Shown here: in pieces, positions 50,333-62,599 of the stretch
Numbering within the stretch: position 1 is the stretch's first letter
Layout of the letters: every line of letters starts with the position of its first letter
Assembly: GCA_964187785.1 (NCBI GenBank)
Contig: OZ076409.1
Location: forward strand, 5,520,001 to 5,584,000
Reading direction: 5' to 3'
DNA: 64,000 nt
DNA from: Amphiscolops sp. MND2022
Taxonomy: Eukaryota
Notes under the pieces: generated by a model
What the model was told of the DNA's origin: nothing
Seen by the model: only the letters and a program-made list of their open reading frames with translations
Databases searched by the model: none
Made by a program: the position numbers and the translations under genes

Positions 50333-50443
50333 TTTGGCCCGCCGGACTAGAAGAAGAAGACGAGGACGAAGACCTCTCGTTGGTGGACAGCTGAGAAGAT
50401 TGCTCAAGAAGAACAAGTGTCTGGATCTTGGAGCCTCTGATTT

Positions 50444-50584
50444 TGTGTCTCTGGGAGATTGGGCTACTGTGTCGCTGGGAAACTGGGCTACTGTGTCTCT
50501 GGGAGATTGGGCAAATTTGTCTTTGGGAGATTGGGCTACTCTGTCTCTGGGAGACTGGGCTATTATGTCTCTGGGAAATTGGGG
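50444..50584 (+). repeat. 24-bp minisatellite, ~6 copies (TGTCTCTGGGAGATTGGGCTACTG-like), in the BEL leader
   Basis: Direct tandem units with no spacers. Confidence 0.9.
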
Positions 50585-50699
50585 TATTGAGACTTAGGAA
50601 CTTGAGTTCAATCAAGAAGAGAAGAGACGGCTCAACCAAAACGGTTTGATATTACCAAAGTTGAAAATTTTCTGAAAAACTCTGCAGACAACGGGCAAA

Positions 50700-53600
50700 C
50701 GCGGAGTTATTGGAATGCAGCTGTCGAGCACGGCAAGACTCTCAAAGACATTGATGAAAATCTAGCTAGCAATGATGACAGCAAACAGACAGCAGAGCTA
50801 CTGTTACGACAAACAGATGCCATACACAGGCGTGAACGACTCATAAAGCCAGTCGAAAATGCAGTAAAACTCAAGTATCAACCGCAGATACCCGAAACAT
50901 TCTCAGCTGTGAACAAAGCAAAACAGAGTCGATTTGTTGAGTTGCAGCATCAAAACTCTAGCATTGAAAGGTTGATACTACTAATGTCAAAATTGCAAGA
51001 CAAAAATCAGGTACTAAACTATTTGGATCTTGAAGAAAAGAAACGTGCCATTGAAGAAAGAATGGCTGGCAACGAGAAGTTGTGTGAAGTTTCAATCGCA
51101 AATGGCAAAAACGTCGAAGTTCCAAAAGGCAAAAAACGTCGGAAAAGATTATGCTGCATCAAAACGAAAATTGATACTCTGCTGAATTCAAGAGACGAGG
51201 GAGCCATTCAGTGGTCTTGAAGACGCCGAGCAAAAACTAGCAGACGTTCGTGCAAGCGTGGCAGCAGACAAAACCAGTAAAGAAGGTACCTCACTACAAA
51301 AGGAACCACAACCAGACGATGAGCAAAACGAACACGATTGTCAAAACGCGGATGACAACCAAGAGCTACAAAATGGGGCTAGATCAATGCCAATAGAAGA
51401 AATGAGCATACATTCGCAAAGTGGAAAGAACAAAAGCCACAAAAACTTAGTGTTTTCAAAAACATCAAGTGTAAGACGAGTTCGCGATTTGGAGATAAAA
51501 GCTTTGAAAGAGCAAGAAGAACTGCAAAACCGCCTGTAGAAACTCAGACGAGAAGCGGAACAAAAAGAAGTAGCTGACTTGCAATAAGAGTTGGCTCGCA
51601 ATGCTAGAATAGCCGAAAAGGAGATAGAAAGAGCGAAAGCGTCGAGTAGTTGTGGTTCTAGCTTCCGAAGTATCTCATCAATTGGGACTCCAGATGACAA
51701 TTTGACGAAAGTCTCAGGATAGATGGACAAGACGGAAGAAGCTAAAAACATGGCAGTGTCGAGTAACGTGCCATCTGTATACCAGCAAACGTCCGCCTCA
51801 GCTCCAGTGATTTCAGTACAAACAACTCATGGGGGACAATGCTCCGCGCAAGTGAGGGACTTGAAACCCTCAGTGCAACCGATCATATCGACAGAAGCCG
51901 TTGTGCGAGATAATGGAAGGGACAGTACAAAGACTGTCATAGGCGCTGTCAATCAAAGAGCAACAGCACCATCAGAAGTGAAACTCACCAAATCGAAGCC
52001 GTCAATGACCCTTATGGCAGGCCGCAGCTGGGTACCACCTACGAATGTAGGGAACGCGAGTAGTGCATTCATTTCAAGTACCACAGTTCACGAACACGCA
52101 GGAGCAGTATTTCCCAAGTCAAGGTCGAAACTTTGCCTCAAATGCAAGAGATGACTACTTCATCAGATCTAGTTTGCCGAAACTGAAGCTGGCAGAGTTT
52201 TCCGGTGACCCTTTAGACTACTCCAAGCAACCGTCCATGCAGCGAACAGGGACGACAGTGTAAAGATGAATCACCTGAAAACCATGGTCACAGGCAAGGC
52301 CATGGAAGCAATTACAGGCTTGGGATACACCGCTGAGATGTACAATGTGGCATGGAACGTTCTAATTCGAAACTTTGGAAAACCTCAAAAGGTTGAGAAT
52401 GCTCAACTGAGAAGAATATAATCCTTTCCACCTATGAAACCTTATGACGGAGCCACTTTGATCAAGAATGCGAGAATAGTGTCGAGTTGCGTGAATGTTT
52501 TGACACAATTCAACTACGTGGGAGACCTAAACTCAGAAGGAGTCCGGGGAAACGCCACAAGGATGTTAACACTGGACATGTAAACGAAGTGGCTCACTCA
52601 TGTGAAGCAAATGAACCTGTATCAACCTGGACTCGCTGTGTTCAATGAATGGCTCAATGATGTAGCAGATGTTCAAGACGAATTGCTTTCGTCTTCAGAG
52701 CCGAATGCCGATCGCGCGAAGTCGAGCTACAAAGAAAAGGCGAAAGGCACCACGTTTGCAACATCAGCAACAAACACCGCGAGTGACAATCAGAAAAACC
52801 AGAGAGAGTGTGTGTTGAATGACGGCAAACATTTAATATGAAAATGTGATAAATTCAAGAAGATGAACGTCGAAGAAAGAGGACAAAAAGCAAAAAAAAT
52901 GAGATTGTGCTTCAAATGATTATCAGACGGCGCATCGATGAAAAATTGCTCTGGTTGACGTTGCGACGTAAAAGGTTGCGGTAAACCTCATCACAGGTTG
53001 CTACATCGAACATACAAGAACGTGGAACAAAAGCAAAATGTTGAAAGTGTTGATGAAGGCTCCAACCTGTCATCAATGAAAAGCAGTGGAGTGCTTCCAG
53101 TCATTCCAGGAACTATATAGAGTGGGAGCAAAACTCTGAAAACGTTCGCTTTGTGTGACTCTGGAGCAAGCCTGTCCTTTGTGGACGAGAGCCGGATGAA
53201 AGCGCAAAATCTGACGGAACAGCCAGATAGTTTGAATGTTGCAGGGATTCATGGTACCTCAGATAATAGTAGTAAACAACTTCGAGTCAAGATTGGTGAC
53301 CAATGCGGAACGGTCGATTAAACCATCATGGTCTATAGTCATCCCAACGTAAATGCGGGAAACTGAACGAACAACCTCAAGAAACTGAAGGAAACATATC
53401 CTCCTGTCAGTTTAGAAAGATTCTACCATCAACTTGGGAGATGTAAAAGTCAACTTGAGACAAGATTGTTATCACTTGCATAGAGCAACTGACTATAGAA
53501 AGTGTGAAATGCAAAACCCTTGGCTGTGCGAACGAAGCTGGGATGGATGCTCAGTGGACCCTTGCCCCAACAAGAGACCTTAGTTGCTGCAGAAGTGGAC

Positions 53601-56600
53601 CCATTAGCGGATCAAGTGAAAATTTGGTGGAGCTTGGAGTCGTATGCTTTCAACTGCAGCGTATCCGGAAGGTCCAAGGAAGAAGACGAGCGAGCCCCCG
53701 AAATGCTGAAAGCAACCACGATGTTTGACGGAGAGAGGTACGAGGTCGAACTACTTTGGAAAAATGCAAAATCGAATTTGCCAAAGATTTACACTTCAGC
53801 AGTGAGTCAATTGAAGTCTCTTGAGCGTCGATTAGAAAAGGATGCAAAATTGAGACAACGCTACCAAGAGACTATTGATGTGGACGTGCAAAAGGGATTC
53901 GTGAGGGTTCTGGATGAAACAGAGCTTGAAAACACTTAAACAGACCTTCAGTGGTACGTTCCACATCTTCCTGTTTTGAACCCGAACAAGCCGGACAAAG
54001 TGAGAGCCGGCGTATGCAATGCTGCCTCAAAGTTCGGAGGTGTTTCACTTAATGATAACTTGATGGCCGGTCCAGACTTCCTGCAATCGCTGACAGGAAT
54101 TATCTTCAGATTCAGGGAGAAACAAATTGCCTTGACAACAGATGTCGAAGCGATTATTCTCCAAGTGAAAGTTCCCCCTGCTGATTGCAAAGTGCTCCAA
54201 TTTTTGCGGCGAAACAACAGCACGGAAGTTATTCTGTGTATGAGTATGGAAGACACATTTCTGGAGCTAAGAGTTCGCCAACATGTGTCAACTACGCTTT
54301 GCAACAAGCCAGAAGAGACTGCAGAGTTGAAAACGGGATCGTCGCAAAGTTAATTAACAGAAATTTCTATAAGAATGACGAAGTCAGTAGCTTCAGAGGA
54401 AGAAGCTGTTATTGTATACAGGAGCTAGCGAAAGTCCTTCGGGGATCGTGGACTTCAACTAACGAAATGGATTTGCAACTCCGAGAAAGTGATGGAAGAA
54501 ATACCCGCGGTAAGATAGGTCAGTCGCGCAAAGCAAAACATTCGAAGCTGAACCCTTGGCACCCTCTATCTTAGGACTCCAACGGAATGTGGAGTCAGAC
54601 AATCTTGAGATTTGCCGCGGTACGGGAAAAGAGGGGCCTGCCAAGATCACTCTTGCCTGCCATGAATTTGAAAGAAACATGGGCAATTGTGGGACAAACA
54701 ACTCTCTCCAGAAGCCAGAAGACGAGCTTACTAGGATTTGGCATCGGAGTTCAGTCACATGGATGAGATGACTCTCAAAAAATTATCTATCGAAAAATGC
54801 TGAAGTAGTGGACTTGCATGTTTTCGCTGATGCATCCTTGGACGCTATGTGCATAGTAGCGTACTTTCGAGATCAACAGTCAGGAGAGCTTGCCAATGTA
54901 GTAAGAAAATGCCGAGTAGTGCCAGTGAAGCAACAATCAATTCCCCGACTAGAGCTACAAGCAGCTATGTATGGGACTCGATTGAAACAACTGACCGTAG
55001 ACGAACTCGACGTTGAAATTGAACGAACTTTCTTTTGGACAGATTCGACAACTGTTGCACAGTAGTTGCGTGAAGCTGACAAGAAACAAGCGGTGTTTGT
55101 AGCAAACAGAGTTGCTGAATTGCTTGACAGCTCAACCATTGATTAATGGAGACATGTCGAAGGGACCCTAAATGCTGCCGACAACGGAACAAGGGGAAAA
55201 TCTGTTCAGGGACTAGAAGATAGTGAATGGTTCACAGGGCGGGCATGGCTTCGCGAAAACAAAGATGCTTGACCACAAATTTCACCACAGTTGTTTCAAC
55301 AAGAAAAAGATGACATGGAACAAGTCTTTGAAGTCGTGTCGGAAGAAAAGGACATAGATTGGGCGAAAGTAGGTTCTTTTAGAAGAATGACACAAATCTC
55401 TGCCTACTGCCTTCGGTTCCAATCAAACATTTAGGAAAAAGTACTCATGACAGAAGAATTTCAGCGAGTGATCCAAATGCTACTGCGGAAAAGTCAGATG
55501 GAAATCTTTGGTCCAACTTATCAAGCAATGGCCGCAGGTAAACCCATGGCTGCATCTGATCACTGAAGCAAACTGTCACCAAGTATTGACAATCAGAACT
55601 TAATGCAAATAAAAGGACGACTACGTCATGCTGATGCGAGTTATGAAATGAAACATCCAAATGAAACATCAATTTATGAAATGAAACATCCAATCCTGCG
55701 AAGCATCCAATAGTGAGAAAATTGATTGAAGATGCGCTTGAAAGTAACTATCGTGAAGGAACGGAGTATGTTCGCAGCATTTTGCAGCAGTATTACTGGA
55801 TAATTGGACTCCGAAACGCGCTCAAAAATGTGGAGTTGAAGTGTGTCAAGTGCAGAAAGCAACAAGTTGGAGGAGTTCAACCTCTCATGGCAGACCTACC
55901 TAAAGAAAGATTGGAAGAAATAGTTTTCCCTTTTGCCAATACTGGAGTAGACTATTTTGGACCATTCGAAGTGAGATTCATGAGGAAATCGATGAAACGT
56001 TGGTGTTGTCTATTCACATGTTTGACAACAAGAGCTGTACGTTGAAGTCGTGCCCAGCCTCGAAGCCGACGCAAGTCTTGCTGCAATTACGAGATTCATC
56101 GCTAGAAGAGGAAAACCTAATGTCATTTTAAATGAAAATGGTACGAAATTTGTAGGCGCAGCTAGAGAAATGCGAGAATGGATAGAAGCTTGGAATTTTT
56201 CAGATATTGAGCCGTCTTTGGCTCAAAAGCAAATAAAATGGAAGTTCAACCCACCCGGCGCACCGCATTTTGGAAGTGTTTGGGTACGAATGGTACGAAG
56301 CTGTAAGAAAGCCATGATGGCAATAGTGGGAAACAGAACACTGACAGATGATGTATTATCCACAACTATGTGTCAAGTCGAGCAGATATTGAAATCGAGA
56401 CCTCTGACTAGTGTCAGTGATGATCCTGGAGATTTGGAAGCCTTGACTCCCAACCACTTCCTGCTTGGACGTGCGAGTCCAGCAACCCCATTTATTCCTG
56501 ACGCTCAGCGATATACAGATCTGAGAACGGTATTCAGAGTATCTCAAGCATATGCCGATATGATCTGGAGCAGATGGAACAGAGAATGTTTACCACAATG

Positions 56601-56835
56601 GAATGAGAGATCTAAATGGAATAAAGAAGAAGTTAGACAAATGGAAGAAAATGGTTTTGGTCTGGATAGTGGATGAAATGTAAAAAGAGCACACTACAGG
56701 ATGGGTAGAGTGATGGAAGTCTATCATGGAAGCGATGGGCGAGTGAGATCAGCGCTGGTGAACTCTAAAGATGGAAAACTCAAAAGACCAGTAGTGAAAC
56801 TGGCACCCTTGTTCTACGAAAGTGTTTTTCGGGGG
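50700..56835 (+). pseudogene. BEL/Pao gag-pol polyprotein (gag, PR, RT, RNase H, IN)
   Basis: LPKLKLAEFSGDPL, CFK..., ALCDSGAS, RTKLGW.LSGP, WYVPH.PV.NPNKPDKVR, GVSLND.L..GPD, LHVFADAS, SIPRLELQAA, FWTDST, TGVDYFGP, CLFTCLTTRAV, FNPPGAPHFG, LTPNHFLLG, LKRPVVKLAPL. Confidence 0.95.
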
Positions 56836-56837
56836 AA

Positions 56838-57690
56838 TGTCGGCCCCAGTCCTCAGAAGGCGGAGAAAGTTGATTCAGAACATGCTGGTTGAGAAACTTA
56901 AACTCTTTAAAACTTAGATGAAAATTTGATGAAGAGTCGAGGTGGACCAAATCGGCGAAGCCCCTCCAGTCGGAGTTTTCTCGATAACTACTAGTCGAAG
57001 AGCCGAAATGTAAACATTGCTACTTACCCCTATGACCACTTTAGCATGTAACTCTGTTGAATTTAATGAAATTTACATTGTGTAAACATACTTTTTACCC
57101 CACCTGATCAACATGCCAAAACCACCACTTTGTTTGTTTACACAGCCAATATCTGCAAAAGTTCACTTAAATGTCATTTATTTATACAACATCTTTCAAC
57201 TGATATTTCCGTCCAGCGAAATCCACTGCAAATATTCAAAATACCCACTTTTGGCACTGTAATGTTGCCTATATTTACTGTAGAATTATAAACCACATTT
57301 ATACCAAAATTAGATAGCGATTTTCACGACTGAATAGGTATAGTCGAGTTGGGGCATTGAACTAAGAGACTAATTGATCAACTTCTCAATATTCACAACT
57401 TTTCGCCAGAGTCAGACCGACTAAGTAGTTCCTCTCATAGTTGGAGGGCCGGAGCGCGTGAAGATACAGTGAGGGAAGTTCGTGCAGGATTGCGTCGGAT
57501 CCATACAAGTGCAAAGAGGGATCATCAGAAGATTTCACGTGCCACCAGCCACAAGATACAATCCTTCAAATAAGAAAACTAGGTTTTGTTTAGTATTTGT
57601 TTAGTAACGGTTCACAGTACTAAGCAACGGATCAGGGCGGCGTAAAGCTTGTCAAGCCTCAGCGCAGGATAAGGGCGCGCAGCCGTTACA
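56838..57690 (+). repeat. BEL/Pao 3' LTR
   Basis: TGTCGG...GTTACA, followed by the TSD CCACT. Confidence 0.92.
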
Positions 57691-58946
57691 CCACTTTTGA
57701 AGAATAGTTAGTACAGAAAAAGATGTAGCGATATAAAGATCGAATAGAAGATCACTTAGGTTAATACTCGGAAGGTTAGTACTGAAATTGTACCCACAAA
57801 AGGTCGAACCAGGTTGATTAGTACAGAAAGATTGAAATTGAACCAGCAAAAAGTGCTGAATCACGTTTGGTGATTAGTACAGAAGGTACTTGAAACGGTA
57901 GGAAAGAAGGCATTTGTTTTGGTCGCACCAGTTAACGTACTTTAGTTTTGTTGAGTTATCTTAGATTATTTCAGAATTGGACAGTACTTCAAGAGATTCT
58001 AACAGAGCTGCAGTATTAGGTCTGAGAACGATGAAAACTTGATGGTGAAGACTTTATTATCGTTGTGAATGGTTACAAATCAAAGAAGTGCTTTAAAGGA
58101 CAAAAATGTATTGAATACAAATTAGATACATCAAAATTCAAAGTGCGTACATCAAGTCTAGACATTCATGCATTGTGTGGGGAACGATGATTTAGTATTG
58201 GATTATAGGTATATCAGTTGTCTTTTGAAGACAATTTCTTTAAGGTTTGTTCTCTGTCTTCAATTGACGAGACGTTTCCTTCGGTTCATAGAGCGATAAA
58301 AACGTTAAAAAAATACAAGGAAAAAAACAAGTTGAATGATCAGTAACGAAAGGTTGTTTCCGAAGTCAGCGTTCATCAGTGACCATGCAGAGCCTCGCAG
58401 AAGAGGTTAGTTTCTGACGGTTCGTTAGGAGGTATCTGATCTCGACCCCTCTGACAATACTGAGATCTTTCTTACCAAATACCGAGCCCGTCGACACAGA
58501 CTAATTGTTCCCACTTTATAAATTTCACAACACGTCTCGACATCGTATCGTTGACAAGCGATGGAAAATTCTTGAAAGTTTGCCTTCTTGGAATGAAACT
58601 TGCGTTAGTTCATCAGAAAAAATTCGTGAAGATTTCATTTTACAGCGTCTTTACATGCAGTTAAAGTTATTTTGGAATATCTAACTACCCCTCAAATAGA
58701 ATGATCAAGCTATAAAAATCGAGTTTCTTACTATTAGCATTGCTTGTCATACCTGTAAAACACTGTTATCACACATTTTTCACCAAAAAGAGTTATCACA
58801 TATGGCTTTTATAACATGAGGTCAATTTCCCGAGAGACGGATACCATTCATTGGTTACTTTTGAGATGAAGATTATATTTGCTTCTCAAAACTATTGAAC
58901 GATGAGTCGGTATGCGAATTGCCAAAACCAAAAACAGACATCTAAC

Positions 58947-59589
58947 CGGCCCACTTTCAGTTGAGGTCCCTTCGACCACTGTTCTTTGGAGATGTCATAA
59001 ATATCTGTCTTTGGTGAATGTTTGTCTCCTCTCCTCCAGTCTCCAATGAGGTAGATGTTTGAGTGAGCCTTAACACAAGCATACCACATCCCACAGTCTC
59101 TGCCCTTCTCCCACTTGGTCCACTTGTTTGTCCCATGTCTCCAAATCTCATTCTTCCCATTGTCACCAAATGCAATGATGGTGTCAGGTGGTACAGGAAT
59201 GTTCAATTGCACACTTGGAACATTCGCCGCTACTCTGTCTCCAACAGTTGCAGCAGTTGACGTGCAAGGGGGTGATGCATCAGTCTGTTCAGTGATAGTT
59301 TGTTTCTTTTCTGCAAAGTGTCGTCCAACTAGAGAAGCGAAAGAGGAACGTGATGTTCGTTCAGTTCTTGCGGGGATCATAGGCGTCTTCTCTTCACTGT
59401 CTCTAACAGTGGTAGCATCGGAAGTGGAAGGTGATGGTGCATCAATTGGTACGGGGAGAGTTGGTTTCTTTTCTGGTTTGTTTCCAACAAGTTCAGCAGT
59501 AGAAGTGGAAGGCAACTGGTTCGCGGGTGCATCTTGTATTTCGACATTCACTAGTTCTGGTTCCCCCTGTCTCGTCTTCAACTCTTGTG
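58947..59589 (-). CDS. Upstream exon of the host kelch-repeat gene (Ser/Thr/Pro-rich linker plus first kelch repeats)
   Basis: ORF 58892-59602 trimmed to acceptor ttaacag| and donor |gttaga; ACVKAHSNIYLIG...TDIYDISKEQWSKGPQLKVGR; CG+A joins in frame to exon 37753. Confidence 0.8.
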
Positions 59590-60063
59590 CTGTTAACAAC
59601 AAAACATGTTGGCTTGCTTCTCAGATTTTTGATCACACAAGTGAAACTCTTCCCAACGAACAAAAATCTACCATTACTGAAATGTTTTTTTTTGTTTAAA
59701 CGGAACGGCACAGTACCGCAGAACATTGGTAAGATGAGCAGAAACGGTTTCTCAACAATTTTTTGTTTGACTGAAACGTTTTCCCGTCCTTCTTTGCAGA
59801 ATTGTTCATTCAATTTTATTTCAATCGATTGACGCAATGAGACGCTAGATGTTTTAATTGAAACAAAATTACCAAATTTTGAGTCATACGAATGATGGAG
59901 TGAAATACGCGGAGGTTACTCTCAGCTCTACTACTTCATTCGATGGAATACTCCTATTCTCCTTGGGAAACAAAAAATATTCATTCACATTTCGTGGGAA
60001 AGGTTTTGAAACTGTAGTCCCCAAGTTTTTATCTGCGTCGTTGAGTTTTTGTTTCCTTGAGTG

Positions 60064-60885
60064 CCCAGTGACACGAATCTTGGCACGCTTGCCAAGATGC
60101 ATGGGTATGCTTGCCAAGATCTTGGCAAGATCTTGCCAAGATCTTACCAAGGCTACCATGATCATGCAAGATCATGGCAAGGCTGACCATGCGTCTTACC
60201 AAGCGTACCAAGATTTTCCATGTATCTTACCAAGCTTTTCCATGTGTCTTGCCAAGCATACCAAGATTTTTCCGACCATTTTGAGTTTTTATTGCATTCA
60301 CGAACTTCAGTAATTAGAACCCGTTACCTCAATAGATCAGGTAATAGCATGATTTGCATAATTGTAGGCAAATCATAGCTAAAAAAGTTGGTTTTCACAC
60401 CGATATCGCAAACCCGCAAGTTGCAATAACTTGACTCGGAGTTTGCTTTGTATGATAATTTATGACAGTAGTAACAATGCCGTGCTCACAAATAACAAAA
60501 CTCGGTCAATAGGTGCAGCAAATTATTGAGCAAATTTTGGATAATTTTCAATTAAAAACTATTTTCAATCAATAAATATTATGTCCAAAGTTATTACAAT
60601 GGCTAATTCAAAAATTGCAGACGACAAAGAATTTTTGCGAAAAGAATAAATTATGCACAATTAATACCAGCTTACATGTCTTACCATGGTTATCTTGTCA
60701 AGATCTTGCCATGATCTTGCCATGATCTTGGCAAGCATTTCCACATGGAACGCTTGTCAAGATCTTGCCAAGATCTTGCCAAGCGTAGCATGCATCATGT
60801 TTTTCCATGCGTCTTGGTAAGCCTACCATGCGTTTCCATGTTTTTCCAAGATCTTGGCAAGGCTACCAAGATTCGTGTCACTGGG
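60064..60885. mobile_element. Non-autonomous DNA transposon (MITE), CACTA/EnSpm-like
   Basis: Perfect 20-bp TIR CCCAGTGACACGAATCTTGG, 2-bp TSD TG, many subterminal CTTGCCAAGAT repeats. Confidence 0.85.
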
Positions 60886-62599
60886 TGTAATATTGAACAC
60901 CTTGATTTGCTGTTTCGGTCGGATTTTGAGCAGTATATTGGAATACATTTGAATAGAGAGTAAATCTTTTTATAACGACGTGCAATATAAAACAAAGACC
61001 TTTTTTAAAAGAAATACATAACACGATTAAAGCAAAATTTCGAAAAAAAACAAAGACAACAAAAACGAAGGAATCCACAGGCAGCTACACAAACATTGTT
61101 TAAACCCCTGAAACTTTTGTTCATTACAAGGAAAAGGTTTTCCTCCAGGTCACTCTGTTGCGTTCTGGTGTGATCCAATCGATGATTATTCAAAAAGTCC
61201 AGACCGCATGAGAATTTACTTTTGAATAAGTTCTTTATTCCAAAGAAATGTCGCCGCAATTGATTTTTGCACTCACTAGATATATATTTTCCAGTGCATC
61301 GACTTGTAATGATACCAATTCACGTGTGTTTGAACTCCTAAGCACAACTTGATTTGGACGTTAGTTGATTAGGATTGACACTGCTGTTGGAAGGTGATTT
61401 TCAATTGATCATTTTGTCTCAGTGCATGGTATTTTTCCTTCTAGTTGTACACACATCGACTCAAAATGAGTGTATGAGTATTGGAAGCTTTTGCTCAGAG
61501 CTTCTCCTTTTCCTGGTTTGGAATATTGAGACAATCCAGCTTGTCAAGAAGTATTCCTTGAGAAAAAAAGCAACAATTTTCAAAGCCAAAGAGGAAAGAC
61601 ATATCAACTTTAGCTGCATATTTTAGGTGGTCATGCACATCTTCCAGCTTGGAGTTGGGCTGTTGCGTGCTTAGAGATTCCTACGCTAAGGTAATTGACA
61701 TATATTTCTTTTTAGTTGTTTGTGTCGATTTAGTTCAGCTCTTTTTCATTGCATGTGACAATCCAATCGAGTTCTCGCATTTTTCGTTACATGCTCCCTG
61801 CTCTCATGTTCTCCTGGTGGAAACAAAACCCAGAATCTCCCTGAAAGCAATTGCTTTGAAGTCAGCTTGGAAAGATAATGAAAAATTAAAAGAATTGTGA
61901 GAGACTTTGTTGCAGAGAATGCTTTTTTGCTATTTGCCTCCCAGTTGTTCAAACACAAACTTGTACATTACAGAAAAGAGCACGCCATCTAACCATGCAC
62001 CGCAACAAATCTTTATCTCAACGCAAGCAACACAATTGTAAGGCTGTACAATTTGAAAAGAGAAAACGAAAAATGACGGAAACTTCAGTTTTCATTTCTA
62101 ATCTACCTTTTATGGAAGGAATGACTCACTGAATCAAAAAAGAGACAGTTAATCACTAAAAAAACTGGCGTCAACGTTCCCTCTCAAATAATGTTGATCA
62201 TTTTTCTTCTCTGTGAACGTTAAATGCTCAAGTACAATAAGTTGTCTGCGAGGTTCACCAAAACCACTAAAGTGGGCCAAATCGTCTCTATACGACGTGC
62301 ATTCGTGTGGTAAAACAACTGAAGAGGTATAAATGCCCTCAAAAAAGGTCGCACTGTCTGGGAAATCTACTGTTGGCAAACAAGTTACGTCAGCTTGACC
62401 CGACATTGTAGGCGAAAATCACAATCACCAGAGACAAACTATAGAATGTTTGAATATATTCAGCCTGCCTAACTGACAGTTGACAGTCACCTTGCTATCT
62501 CGTCTTTTGTTCAACAATTATTGTCCAAAAATTATTGTCCAATTAATGTCCCCAATTATTGTGACGCCGAGTGATGCTCGAAACAGACAAACGTACTGT

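Larger units (their letters stand above)
49409..57690 (+). mobile_element. Full-length decayed BEL/Pao LTR retrotransposon
   Basis: Direct LTRs, TG...CA ends, 5-bp TSD CCACT (49404-49408 and 57691-57695), PPT-like GGGGGAA before the 3' LTR. Confidence 0.95.

Noticed and set aside
50444..50584. CRISPR-like regular repeats
   Set aside because: Units are directly adjacent with no unique spacers, no cas genes, eukaryotic context; it is a minisatellite
59115..59699. 194-aa plus-strand ORF
   Set aside because: Antisense shadow of the kelch exon
61000..62410. Possible further 5' exons (BTB/BACK) of the kelch gene
   Set aside because: No convincing motif or stop-free frame with splice sites recognised by eye
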